The notes below the pieces were generated by a model. The model had not been told where the DNA came from. It saw nothing but the letters and a program-made list of their open reading frames with translations, and did no database searches. A stretch of DNA of 31,573 nucleotides from a virus. Taxonomy: Duplodnaviria; Heunggongvirae; Uroviricota; Caudoviricetes. Within the stretch, counting starts at the first letter, position 1, and every line of letters starts with the position of its first letter. Of the stretch, positions 8,989 through 18,096 are shown in pieces. Both the position numbers and the translations under genes were made by a program. The DNA is taken from IMG/VR virus record IMGVR_UViG_2551306526_000005. One strand, given 5' to 3'.

Positions 8989-10023
8989 TCAGCCGTTGTC
9001 AGTGTCCAGTGAGTAGTTTTTAAAGCGGATGACCTCCTGACCGAGCCAGCCGTTTATTTCCCGAATCCTGTCCTGTAACGGGATAAGTTCATTGCGGACA
9101 AAGACCTTTGCCACTTTCTCAATATCACCCAGCGACCCGACGTTCTCCGGCTTGCCGCCCATCAACTGAAAGGGGATGCGGTGTGCGTCCAGCAGGTCAG
9201 CGGCGCTGGCTTTTTTGATATTAAAAAAATCGTCCTTCGTCGCCACTTCACTGAGCGGGATAATTTTAATGCCGTCGGCTTTCCCCTGTGGGGCATAGAG
9301 AAACAGGTTTTTAAAGTTATTGCGGCCTTTCGACTTCACCATGTTTTCGCGAAGCATTTCGATATCGTTGCGGTCCTGCACGGCATCGGTGACGTACATG
9401 ATGTATCCGGCATGCGCGCCGTTTTCGTAATACTTGCGGCGGAACAGCGTGGCCGACTCATTCAGCCAGGCAGAGTTAAGGGCGCTGAGATATTCCGGCA
9501 GGCCGTACAGCTCCTGATTAATATCCGGCTCCAGCAGGTGAAACACGGAACCGGGCGCGAAAGGTGTCGGCTCGTTGAAGGACGGCACCCACCAGTAAAC
9601 ATCCTCCTCCACGCCACGGCGGGTATATTTTGCCGGTGAGGTTTCCAGTCTGATGATCTTACCGGTGGTGCTGTAACGCTTTTCCAGAAACGCATTACCG
9701 AACACCAGAAAATCCAGCACAAAGCGGCTGAAATCCTGTTGCGAAAGCCACGGATGCGGGATAAATGTCGAGGCCAGAATATTGCGTTTAACGTAAATCG
9801 GTGAGCTGTGATGCACGGCAGCACGCAGGCTTTTCGCCAGACCGGTAAAGCTGACCGGCGGCTCATACCATCTGCCGTTACTGATGCACTCGACGTAATC
9901 CAGAATGTCACGGCGGTCGAGTACCGGCACCGGCTCACCAAAGGTGAATGCCTCCATTTTCGGGGCGCTGGCGGTCATTTTTTTTGCCGCAGGTTGCGGT
10001 GTTTTCCCTTTTTTCTTGCTCAT
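8989..10023 (-). CDS. Q: Portal protein (P2 gpQ-like)
   Basis: 344 aa, the length I recall for P2 Q; divergent from O, adjacent to terminase P. Confidence 0.9.
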   Translation of the reverse strand: MSKKKGKTPQPAAKKMTASAPKMEAFTFGEPVPVLDRRDILDYVECISNGRWYEPPVSFTGLAKSLRAAVHHSSPIYVKRNILASTFIPHPWLSQQDFSRFVLDFLVFGNAFLEKRYSTTGKIIRLETSPAKYTRRGVEEDVYWWVPSFNEPTPFAPGSVFHLLEPDINQELYGLPEYLSALNSAWLNESATLFRRKYYENGAHAGYIMYVTDAVQDRNDIEMLRENMVKSKGRNNFKNLFLYAPQGKADGIKIIPLSEVATKDDFFNIKKASAADLLDAHRIPFQLMGGKPENVGSLGDIEKVAKVFVRNELIPLQDRIREINGWLGQEVIRFKNYSLDTDNG

Positions 10024-11795
10024 CAGTAAAACTCCAGAATGGTGGATGTCAGCGGGGTGCTGATACCGGCGGTGAGTGGCTCATTTAACAGGGCGTGCAT
10101 GGTCGCCCAGGCGAGGTCGGCGTGGCTGGCTTCCTCGCTGCGGCTGGCCTCATAGGTGGCGCTGCGTCCGCTGCTGGTCATGGTCTTGCGGATAGCCATA
10201 AACGAGCTGGTGATGTCGGTGGCGCTGACGTCGTATTCCAGACAGCCACGGCGGATAACGTCTTTTGCCTTGAGCACCATTGCGGTTTTCATTTCCGGCG
10301 TGTAGCGGATATCACGCGCGGCGGGATAGAACGAGCGCACGAGCTGGAACACGCCGACACCGAGGCCGGTGGCATCAATACCGATGTATTCGACGTTGTA
10401 TTTTTCGGTGAGTTTGCGGATGGATTCCGCCTGGGTGGCAAAGTCCATGCCTTTCCACTGGTGACGCTCAAGTATTCTGAATTTGCCACCGGCCACCACC
10501 GGCGGTGCCAGTACCACGCATCCGGCGCTGTCGCCACGGTGTGACGGGTCGTAACCAATCCATACCGGACGTGAGCCGAACGGATTGGCGGCAAACGGCG
10601 CATAGTCTTCCCATTCTTCCAGCGTGTCGACCATGCAGCGTTGCAGCTCCTCGAACGGGAACACCGATGCCTTGTCGTCAACAAATTCACACATGAACAG
10701 GTTTTTAAAATCGTCGGCGCTGTTTTCGCGTTTGAGCTGCTCAATGTCGAACAGCGTGCAGCCGCCTTTCAGCGCGTCCTCAATGGTGACAATCTGTCGC
10801 CACTGGCCGTCCGCACAGAGAAGCCCATCGGCAAGGGCGTTATGACTGATGTCGATTTCCACGCGTTCGGCGGCGCTGGCGCGTCCCTGGTTGAACAGTT
10901 CACCGGACCAGAACGGGTAGGCGTCGTGCGCCAGCGTGGACGGGGTGGAGAAATAGGTCGAGCGCAGGTGACTCTGTGAGGCCATACCTGATGCCACCTT
11001 ACGCAGTACCTGAAAATTCGGGATCCAGAAAATCTCGTCGACGTACAGGTCGCCGTTATGGCTCTGTGCGGTGTTGGAGTTGGTGCCGAGAAAAATCAGT
11101 TTTGCGCCGTTATTGCCCAGGACAATCGGGTCACCGGTCAGGTCAACGTCAACCAGCCGGGCAAAGGCGATGATGTATTCGCGGAACACATACGCCTGCG
11201 TTTTACTGGCCGACAGAAAAATCTGGTTATGACCGGTTTTCAGGGCGCGCAGCAGCGCCTCGCGGGAAAAATAAAACGTCGCGCCAATCTGGCGGGATTT
11301 CAGGATATCGCGGATGCGGTGCTCAAGCCCGGCGCGATACCAGTGCAACTGATATTCGAAAGACTGCTCAAAGAAAATCTGCTCCAGCTTTTCGATAGCC
11401 TCGTCGCTGAAAAAATTCTTTTTCGGTTTGCGCCGCCCGCCTTTGTTGCGGTTAGCGATGTTCGGATTAAGGTCTGCCTCGTTGCCGGTCTGGTTGTAGC
11501 GGTTTACCCGTGCCAGTCGTTCAATCTGGCGTCCGAGCAGGTCAATTTCCTTGAAGTCACCGCCGGTTTTCTGCGGTTTTATGATGAGCTGGGTCAGCCG
11601 CGCTTCCAGACTCATTTCGACACGGCTGATGGGAGCAACGCTGTCCCAGCCGTCGCGCTGTTTCCAGCTCTGCACCGTCGGGCGTTTCATCTGCAACATG
11701 GCGGCAATCTGCGGCACGGAAAACCCCTGCCAGTACAGCAGCGCCGCCTGACGACGCGGGTCGTGTAAAAGAGTGGTGTCTGTGGTGATGGTCAT
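10023..11795 (-). CDS. P: Terminase large subunit, ATPase (P2 gpP-like)
   Basis: 590 aa if started at MTITTDTT (track ORF opens 10 codons earlier); stop overlaps Q start. Confidence 0.9.
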   Translation of the reverse strand: MTITTDTTLLHDPRRQAALLYWQGFSVPQIAAMLQMKRPTVQSWKQRDGWDSVAPISRVEMSLEARLTQLIIKPQKTGGDFKEIDLLGRQIERLARVNRYNQTGNEADLNPNIANRNKGGRRKPKKNFFSDEAIEKLEQIFFEQSFEYQLHWYRAGLEHRIRDILKSRQIGATFYFSREALLRALKTGHNQIFLSASKTQAYVFREYIIAFARLVDVDLTGDPIVLGNNGAKLIFLGTNSNTAQSHNGDLYVDEIFWIPNFQVLRKVASGMASQSHLRSTYFSTPSTLAHDAYPFWSGELFNQGRASAAERVEIDISHNALADGLLCADGQWRQIVTIEDALKGGCTLFDIEQLKRENSADDFKNLFMCEFVDDKASVFPFEELQRCMVDTLEEWEDYAPFAANPFGSRPVWIGYDPSHRGDSAGCVVLAPPVVAGGKFRILERHQWKGMDFATQAESIRKLTEKYNVEYIGIDATGLGVGVFQLVRSFYPAARDIRYTPEMKTAMVLKAKDVIRRGCLEYDVSATDITSSFMAIRKTMTSSGRSATYEASRSEEASHADLAWATMHALLNEPLTAGISTPLTSTILEFY

Positions 11796-11968
11796 GAATA
11801 CCTCGCCGTGATGAATACACGGCAAGGCTACTGAGTCGCGCCCCGCGATTCGCTAAGGTGCTGTTGTGTCAGTGATAAGCCATCCGGGACTGATGGCGGA
11901 GGATGCGCATCGTCGGGAAACTGATGCCGACATGTGACTCCTCTAATCACTATTCAGGACTCCTGACA
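11796..11968. promoter_or_regulatory. Divergent late promoter region between P and O (expected Ogr-dependent)
   Basis: Intergenic region between divergently transcribed late operons; inferred by analogy with P2, no element confidently delimited. Confidence 0.3.
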
Positions 11969-12823
11969 ATGGCAAAAAAAGTCTCAAAATTCTTTCGTAT
12001 CGGCGTTGAGGGTGACACCTGTGACGGGCGTGTCATCAGTGCGCAGGATATTCAGGAAATGGCCGAAACCTTTGACCCGCGTGTCTATGGTTGCCGCATT
12101 AACCTGGAACATCTGCGCGGCATCCTGCCTGACGGCATTTTTAAACGTTATGGCGATGTGGTCGAACTGAAGGCCGAAAAGATTGACGATGATTCGGCGC
12201 TGAAAGGCAAATGGGCGCTGTTTGCGAAAATCACCCCGACCGATGACCTTATCGCGATGAACAAGGCCGCGCAGAAGGTCTACACCTCAATGGAAATTCA
12301 GCCGAACTTTGCCAACACCGGCAAATGTTATCTGGTGGGGCTGGCCGTCACCGATGACCCGGCAAGCCTCGGTACGGAATACCTGGAATTCTGCCGCACG
12401 GCAAAACACAACCCCCTGAACCGCTTCAAATTAAGCCCTGAAAACCTGATTTCAGTGGCAACGCCCGTTGAGCTGGAATTTGAAGACCTGCCTGAAACCG
12501 TGTTCACCGCCCTGACCGAAAAGGTGAAATCCATTTTTGGCCGCAAACAGGCCAGCGATGACGCCCGTCTGAATGACGTGCATGAAGCGGTGACCGCTGT
12601 TGCTGAACATGTGCAGGAAAAACTGAGCGCCACTGAGCAGCGCCTCGCTGAGATGGAAAACGCCTTTTCCGCACTTAAGCAGGAGGTGACTGACAGGGCG
12701 GATGAAACCAGCCAGGCATTCACCCGCCTGAAAAACAGTCTCGACAACACCGAAAGTCTGACCCAGCAGCGCCGCAGCAAGGCCACCGGCGGTGGCGGAG
12801 ACGCCCTGATGACGAACTGCTGA
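11969..12823 (+). CDS. O: Capsid scaffolding protein (P2 gpO-like)
   Basis: 284 aa from MAKKVSKFF; coiled-coil-like C-terminal region; precedes major capsid gene. Confidence 0.85.
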   Translation: MAKKVSKFFRIGVEGDTCDGRVISAQDIQEMAETFDPRVYGCRINLEHLRGILPDGIFKRYGDVVELKAEKIDDDSALKGKWALFAKITPTDDLIAMNKAAQKVYTSMEIQPNFANTGKCYLVGLAVTDDPASLGTEYLEFCRTAKHNPLNRFKLSPENLISVATPVELEFEDLPETVFTALTEKVKSIFGRKQASDDARLNDVHEAVTAVAEHVQEKLSATEQRLAEMENAFSALKQEVTDRADETSQAFTRLKNSLDNTESLTQQRRSKATGGGGDALMTNC

Positions 12824-12881
12824 CCGGCGTCAGTCAGTCCGGGAAAACCTTCACGATTAACCCTTAATTTCAGGAACAAAT

Positions 12882-13955
12882 ATGCGCCAGGAAACCCGTT
12901 TTAAATTTAATGCCTACCTGTCCCGTGTTGCCGAACTGAACGGCATCGACGCCGGTGATGTGTCGAAAAAATTCACCGTTGAACCGTCGGTCACCCAGAC
13001 CCTGATGAACACCATGCAGGAGTCCTCTGACTTTCTGACCCGCATCAACATTGTGCCGGTCAGCGAAATGAAAGGGGAAAAAATTGGTATCGGTGTCACC
13101 GGCCCCATTGCCAGCACCACCGACACCGCAGGTGGCACCGAGCGTCAGCCGAAGGACTTCTCGAAGCTGGCGTCCAACAAGTACGAATGCGACCAGGTTA
13201 ACTTCGATTTTTATATCCGCTACAAAACGCTGGACCTGTGGGCGCGTTATCAGGATTTCCAGCTCCGTATCCGTAACGCCATTATCAAACGCCAGTCCCT
13301 TGATTTCATCATGGCCGGTTTTAACGGGGTGAAGCGTGCCGAAACCTCTGACCGCAACAGTAATCCGATGCTGCAGGATGTGGCGGTCGGCTGGCTGCAG
13401 AAATACCGCAATGAAGCACCGGCGCGCGTGATGAGCAAGGTCACTGACGAGGAAGGTCACACGACCTCTGAGGTCATCCGCGTGGGTAAGGGCGGTGATT
13501 ATGCCAGCCTTGATGCACTGGTGATGGATGCGACCAACAACCTGATCGAACCGTGGTATCAGGAAGACCCTGACCTTGTGGTGATAGTGGGACGTCAGTT
13601 ACTGGCGGACAAGTATTTCCCCATCGTTAACAAGGAGCAGGACAACAGCGAAATGCTGGCCGCTGACGTCATCATCAGCCAGAAACGCATCGGTAACCTG
13701 CCGGCGGTACGCGTCCCGTACTTCCCGGCGGATGCGATGCTCATCACGAAGCTGGAAAACCTGTCCATCTACTACATGGATGACAGCCATCGCCGCGTGA
13801 TTGAGGAAAACCCGAAACTCGACCGCGTGGAGAACTACGAGTCAATGAACATTGATTACGTGGTGGAAGACTACGCCGCCGGTTGTCTGGTGGAAAAAAT
13901 TAAGGTCGGTGATTTCTCCACACCGGCTAAAGCGACCGCAGAGCCGGGAGCGTAA
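12882..13955 (+). CDS. N: Major capsid protein (P2 gpN-like)
   Basis: 357 aa, matching recalled P2 N length; position after scaffold gene; AGGAAC RBS. Confidence 0.9.
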   Translation: MRQETRFKFNAYLSRVAELNGIDAGDVSKKFTVEPSVTQTLMNTMQESSDFLTRINIVPVSEMKGEKIGIGVTGPIASTTDTAGGTERQPKDFSKLASNKYECDQVNFDFYIRYKTLDLWARYQDFQLRIRNAIIKRQSLDFIMAGFNGVKRAETSDRNSNPMLQDVAVGWLQKYRNEAPARVMSKVTDEEGHTTSEVIRVGKGGDYASLDALVMDATNNLIEPWYQEDPDLVVIVGRQLLADKYFPIVNKEQDNSEMLAADVIISQKRIGNLPAVRVPYFPADAMLITKLENLSIYYMDDSHRRVIEENPKLDRVENYESMNIDYVVEDYAAGCLVEKIKVGDFSTPAKATAEPGA

Positions 13956-13958
13956 CCG

Positions 13959-14702
13959 ATGACGAGTCCCGCACAGCGCCACATGATGCGGGTCTCGGCA
14001 GCGATGACCGCGCAGCGGGAAGCCGCCCCGCTGCGACATGCAACTGTCTATGAGCAGATGCTGGTCAAGCTGGCCGCAGACCAGCGCACACTGAAAGCGA
14101 TTTATTCAAAAGAGCTGAAGGCCGCGAAAAAGCGCGAACTGCTGCCGTTCTGGTTGCCGTGGGTGAACGGCGTGCTGGAGCAGGGCAAAGGTGCACAGGA
14201 TGACATTCTGATGACGGTCATGCTGTGGCGTCTGGATACCGGCGATATTGCCGGTGCGCTGGAGATTGCCCGTTATGCCCTGAAGTACGGTCTGACCATG
14301 CCGGGTAAACACCGCCGTACCCCGCCGTACATGTTCACCGAGGAGGTGGCGCTTGCGGCCATGCGCGCTCACGCTGCCGGTGAGTCTGTGGATACCCGCC
14401 TGCTGACGGACACCCTTGAACTGACCGCCACGGCTGACATGCCTGATGAAGTGCGCGCAAAGCTGCACAAAATCACCGGTCTGTTTCTGCGTGACGCTGG
14501 TGATGCCGCAGGGGCGCTGGCGCACCTGCAACGCGCGACACAGCTCGACTGTCAGGCAGGCGTCAAAAAAGAGATTGAGCGACTGGAGCGGGAGCTGAAA
14601 CCGAAGCCGGAGCCGCAGCTAAAAGCGGCCACCCGCGCCCCGCGTAAGACCCGGAGCGTGACACCGGCAAAACGTGGACGCCCGAAAAAGAAAGCCAGTT
14701 AA
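13959..14702 (+). CDS. M: Terminase small (endonuclease) subunit (P2 gpM-like)
   Basis: 247 aa, matching recalled P2 M length; basic C-terminal tail (RAPRKTRSVTPAKRGRPKKK). Confidence 0.85.
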   Translation: MTSPAQRHMMRVSAAMTAQREAAPLRHATVYEQMLVKLAADQRTLKAIYSKELKAAKKRELLPFWLPWVNGVLEQGKGAQDDILMTVMLWRLDTGDIAGALEIARYALKYGLTMPGKHRRTPPYMFTEEVALAAMRAHAAGESVDTRLLTDTLELTATADMPDEVRAKLHKITGLFLRDAGDAAGALAHLQRATQLDCQAGVKKEIERLERELKPKPEPQLKAATRAPRKTRSVTPAKRGRPKKKAS

Positions 14703-14801
14703 CAACCGAATGCGCCCCGCGCCAGGGCGGCACGCCGGTCAGTGTGGGTGAATCACCTGACACTGTACCGGCGTCCACCGCCCGACTTTTCAGAGGTAGT
14801 C

Positions 14802-15464
14802 ATGATGACGCTGATTATTCCGCGAAAGGAGGCTCCCGTATCCGGTGAGGGTACGGTGGTCATCCCGCAACCGGCAGGCGACGAGCCGGTGATTAAAAAC
14901 ACGTTCTTTTTTCCCGATATCGACCCGAAGCGCGTCCGGGAACGTATGCGCCTTGAGCAGACCGTCGCCCCTGCCCGTCTGCGTGAGGCCATCAAGTCAG
15001 GCATGGCTGAAACGAATGCGGAGCTGTACGAGTACCGCGAACAGAAAATTGCCGCCGGTTTTACGCGTCTGGCTGACGTCCCGGCGGACGATATCGACGG
15101 TGAAAGCATCAAAGTTTTTTACTACGAGCGTGCCGTGTGTGCGATGGCGACCGCGTCGCTTTATGAGCGTTATCGCGGCGTGGATGCCAGTGCGAAAGGC
15201 GACAAGAAGGCTGACAGCATTGACAGCACCATTGATGAACTGTGGCGGGATATGCGCTGGGCGGTGGCGCGTATCCAGGACAAACGGAGTAAACACCATG
15301 AAGAAATTATCCCTTTCACTGATGCTGAACGTGTCGCTGGCGCTGATGCTGGCACTGTCCCTGATTTACCCGCAGAGCGTGGCCGTCAATTTTGTCGCTG
15401 CCTGGGCGATTCTGGCGACGGTTATCTGTGTGGTTGCCGGTGGTGTCGGCGTGTATGCCACTGA
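14802..15464 (+). CDS. L: Head completion/stabilisation protein (P2 gpL-like) with aberrant read-through C-terminus
   Basis: First roughly 165 aa look like a normal protein; no stop where a 169-aa L would end (about 15310); frame continues about 50 codons of Cys/Arg-rich sequence across the lysA start. Confidence 0.7.
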   Translation: MMTLIIPRKEAPVSGEGTVVIPQPAGDEPVIKNTFFFPDIDPKRVRERMRLEQTVAPARLREAIKSGMAETNAELYEYREQKIAAGFTRLADVPADDIDGESIKVFYYERAVCAMATASLYERYRGVDASAKGDKKADSIDSTIDELWRDMRWAVARIQDKRSKHHEEIIPFTDAERVAGADAGTVPDLPAERGRQFCRCLGDSGDGYLCGCRWCRRVCH

Positions 15465-15723
15465 GTATGTGCTGGAACGCTACGGGCGGGAGCTGCCGCC
15501 GGAATCGCTGGCCGTGAAGATTGTCGCGTCGCTGTTTTTGCAGCCGGTGCCGTGGCGCAGACGGGCGGCGGCTCTGGTGGTGATGGTGGTGACGTTTATC
15601 TCGCTGGTCGCTGCCGGGTGGATTTTTACCGCGCTGATTTACCTCGTGGTGTCGGTGTTCTTCCGGCTGATACGTACGGCCTGTCGTCAGCGTTTTGAGG
15701 GGCGGGAACCATGTCAAAGCTGA
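15298..15723 (+). CDS. lysA: LysA-like polytopic membrane protein (lysis timing)
   Basis: 141 aa with about four hydrophobic helices; GGAG RBS 8 nt upstream; immediately precedes spanin pair. Confidence 0.75.
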   Translation: MKKLSLSLMLNVSLALMLALSLIYPQSVAVNFVAAWAILATVICVVAGGVGVYATEYVLERYGRELPPESLAVKIVASLFLQPVPWRRRAAALVVMVVTFISLVAAGWIFTALIYLVVSVFFRLIRTACRQRFEGREPCQS

Positions 15724-16136
15724 TGATTGTGCTGGTTGTGTTGTTATCACTGGCGGTGGCGGGGCTGTTTCTGGCGAAGCATGAAAACGCCAGCCTGCGC
15801 ACCTCACTGGACAGGGCGAACAGCGTCGCCAGCGGGCAGCAGACGACCATCACCATGCTGAAAAATCAGCTTCATGTTGCGCTCACCAGGGCAGAAAAAA
15901 ACGAGCTGGCGCAGGTGGCACTGCGTCAGGAACTGGAGAACGCCGCGAAGCGTGAAGCACAGCGCGAGAAAACCATCACGAGGTTACTGAATGAAAACGA
16001 AGATTTTCGCCGCTGGTATGGTGCTGACCTGCCTGATGCTGTGCGCCGGTTGCACCAGCGCCCGGCCTGCACCGACGCCAGTGATTGTCCACAACGCCTG
16101 CCCGAAAGTGAGCCTTTGCCCGATGCCGGGCAGTGA
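15711..16136 (+). CDS. lysB: LysB, Rz-like inner-membrane spanin
   Basis: 141 aa; N-terminal TM (LMIVLVVLLSLAVAGLFLA) then coiled-coil; overlaps upstream gene. Confidence 0.75.
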   Translation: MSKLMIVLVVLLSLAVAGLFLAKHENASLRTSLDRANSVASGQQTTITMLKNQLHVALTRAEKNELAQVALRQELENAAKREAQREKTITRLLNENEDFRRWYGADLPDAVRRLHQRPACTDASDCPQRLPESEPLPDAGQ

Positions 16137-16281
16137 CCCGCAGACGAACGGTGATTTAAGTGCCGATATCCGGCAGCTTGAGAACGCGCTGGCGCGCTGT
16201 GCCAGCCAGGTAAAAATGATTAAACACTGTCAGGACGAAAACGATGCTCAAACCCGACAGCCTGCGCAGGGCGCTGACTGA
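15991..16281 (+). CDS. lysC: LysC, Rz1-like outer-membrane lipoprotein spanin
   Basis: 96 aa in +1 frame, start embedded in lysB; signal peptide with lipobox-like LCAGC; Pro-rich. Confidence 0.7.
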   Translation: MKTKIFAAGMVLTCLMLCAGCTSARPAPTPVIVHNACPKVSLCPMPGSDPQTNGDLSADIRQLENALARCASQVKMIKHCQDENDAQTRQPAQGAD

Positions 16282-16711
16282 TGCCGTCACGGTGCTGAAA
16301 ACTAACCCCGATATGCTGCGGATATTCGTGGATAACGGGAGTATTGCCTCCACACTGGCGACGTCGCTGTCATTCGAAAAGCGTTACACGCTCAATGTGA
16401 TTGTGACCGACTTTACCGGTGATTTTGACCTGCTCATCGTGCCGGTGCTGGCGTGGCTGCGGGAAAATCAGCCCGACATCATGACCACCGACGCAGGCCA
16501 GAAAAAGGGATTCACGTTTTATGCAGACATCAACAATGACAGCAGCTTTGATATCAGCATCAGCCTGATGCTGACCGAGCGCACGCTGGTCAGTGAGGTG
16601 GACGGCGCACTGCATGTGAAGAATATCCCGGAACCCCCGCCGCCGGAGCCGGTCACCCGCCCGGTGGAGCTTTATATCAATGGCGAACTGGTGAGCAAGT
16701 GGGATGAATGA
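16244..16711 (+). CDS. R: Tail completion protein (P2 gpR-like)
   Basis: 155 aa, matching recalled P2 R length; synteny. Confidence 0.85.
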   Translation: MLKPDSLRRALTDAVTVLKTNPDMLRIFVDNGSIASTLATSLSFEKRYTLNVIVTDFTGDFDLLIVPVLAWLRENQPDIMTTDAGQKKGFTFYADINNDSSFDISISLMLTERTLVSEVDGALHVKNIPEPPPPEPVTRPVELYINGELVSKWDE

Positions 16712-17156
16712 GTTTAAGCGTTTTGAAGACCGGCTGACCGGACTGATTGAATCGCTGTCACCGTCAGGGCGTCGGCGACTGAGCGCCGAACTGGCAAAAC
16801 GTCTGCGACAGAGTCAGCAGCGTCGGGTGATGGCTCAGAAAGCCCCGGACGGCACACCCTACGTGCCACGCCAGCAGCAGAGCGCCAGAAAAAAGACTGG
16901 TCGTGTTAAGCGAAAAATGTTTGCGAAACTTATCACCAGTCGTTTTTTGCATATCCGCGCCAGCCCGGAACAGGCATCAATGGAGTTTTACGGCGGGAAG
17001 TCACCGAAAATCGCCAGCGTGCATCAGTTCGGTCTGTCGGAAGAAACCCGGAAAGACGGTAAGAAAATTGATTATCCGGCGCGTCCTCTGCTCGGCTTTA
17101 CCGGTGAGGATGTGCAGATGATTGAAGAGATTATCCTGGCTCACCTTGAGCGTTAG
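16704..17156 (+). CDS. S: Tail completion protein (P2 gpS-like)
   Basis: 150 aa, matching recalled P2 S length; start overlaps R stop. Confidence 0.85.
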   Translation: MNEFKRFEDRLTGLIESLSPSGRRRLSAELAKRLRQSQQRRVMAQKAPDGTPYVPRQQQSARKKTGRVKRKMFAKLITSRFLHIRASPEQASMEFYGGKSPKIASVHQFGLSEETRKDGKKIDYPARPLLGFTGEDVQMIEEIILAHLER

Positions 17157-17187
17157 TTTTATCCAGGCAGAGGCTGATGCGCAATTA

Positions 17188-17220
17188 AACATTGAGCGGC
17201 CATGCTGGTCGCTCAATGTT
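17188..17220. terminator. Bidirectional stem-loop between convergent S and the cargo gene
   Basis: Perfect 11-bp inverted repeat AACATTGAGCG...CGCTCAATGTT with about 11-nt loop between two convergent stop codons. Confidence 0.5.
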
Positions 17221-17227
17221 TAGAGGT

Positions 17228-18013
17228 TTATGAGTGATTTTTATTTGATGCTTTGTATTCTACAACCTTCTTATTGGCGTAAAGGAATTTTGTATATGAC
17301 AGGAATATAACCAGACCTGAAGTGAAATAGACGAGGGATAGTATTAATAATGCTTTTTTGTGACTGTTATTATCTTTAATCTCCTGGCTTAACCATTCGG
17401 AGTCCTCCTCGTTTAGCTGTAAGAGCTTATTGCAGGCGATTTCAGGAAGTGTGTCTTTTATAAATACGTTTTGCAGTCTCTTGCAATCGGCAAGGCTATA
17501 AGTTTTATTAAATTCAACTGCTTTATTTTTGAAGGATAAAAGAACTTTGTCACTATAAACATAGTACATCATATTTTTATATGGTATGCCTATGGCATCT
17601 CTTACTATAGCGGATTGTTTGTTGTGTATATAACATGCGAAGAGAATATAAATAATACTGGCCAGAATTACAATTATTGTTTTAATTATGTGTGGTGGTT
17701 TTGTTATGTCACCCCAGAAGCGAGTAAGGAAAAAATACGATGTTTTTAGTTTTCCATCAATCAGCCCCTGCTGTATCATTCTCACATCTTCGATGCCTGA
17801 TACATTGATTCCGTTAATTATTTTAAATAGTTGAATGTCGCGCCATTTTTTGTCGAGCATTTTTAACTTTCTGTCTGAATACTCAAGATTGAAATGATGT
17901 GCAATAAACCTCATAAGATTACTTTTACCAAAGGTAACAAATGTTAATGCTATTAATAAAAATAGATACAAAGAGATAAACCACCACGCATTAGTCACAT
18001 TATCACTGAACAT
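17228..18013 (-). CDS. Uncharacterised polytopic membrane protein, three predicted TM helices (cargo)
   Basis: 261-aa ORF on the strand opposite the late operon; very AT-rich; hydrophobic segments WWFISLYLFLLIALTFVTF, IIKTIIVILASIIYILFACYI, ALLILSLVYFTSGLVIFL. Confidence 0.6.
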   Translation of the reverse strand: MFSDNVTNAWWFISLYLFLLIALTFVTFGKSNLMRFIAHHFNLEYSDRKLKMLDKKWRDIQLFKIINGINVSGIEDVRMIQQGLIDGKLKTSYFFLTRFWGDITKPPHIIKTIIVILASIIYILFACYIHNKQSAIVRDAIGIPYKNMMYYVYSDKVLLSFKNKAVEFNKTYSLADCKRLQNVFIKDTLPEIACNKLLQLNEEDSEWLSQEIKDNNSHKKALLILSLVYFTSGLVIFLSYTKFLYANKKVVEYKASNKNHS

Positions 18014-18096
18014 TACACTCTCCTCGAATGTTGTATGGTCGTTCTACAAATGAATCCAGATAGCATAACTTTTATATATTGTGCAATCTCACACGC

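Noticed and set aside
9181-11820. Numerous antisense and off-frame ORFs within Q and P (for example 9181-9639, 9462-9941, 10095-10544, 11058-11768)
   Set aside because: All overlap the portal and terminase genes, which have strong length and synteny support; translations are Arg/Cys/Gly-rich and lack start-site signals.
12328-13460. Minus-strand ORFs of 183 and 196 aa opposite O and N
   Set aside because: Antisense to scaffold and major capsid genes; composition consistent with out-of-frame translation; no independent evidence.
14742-16300. Search for holin and endolysin genes in alternative frames or strands around the lysis cassette
   Set aside because: No ORF with a lysozyme/muramidase-like motif or class I/II holin architecture found; only LysA, LysB and LysC are present, which led to the deletion hypothesis rather than a relocated lysis module.
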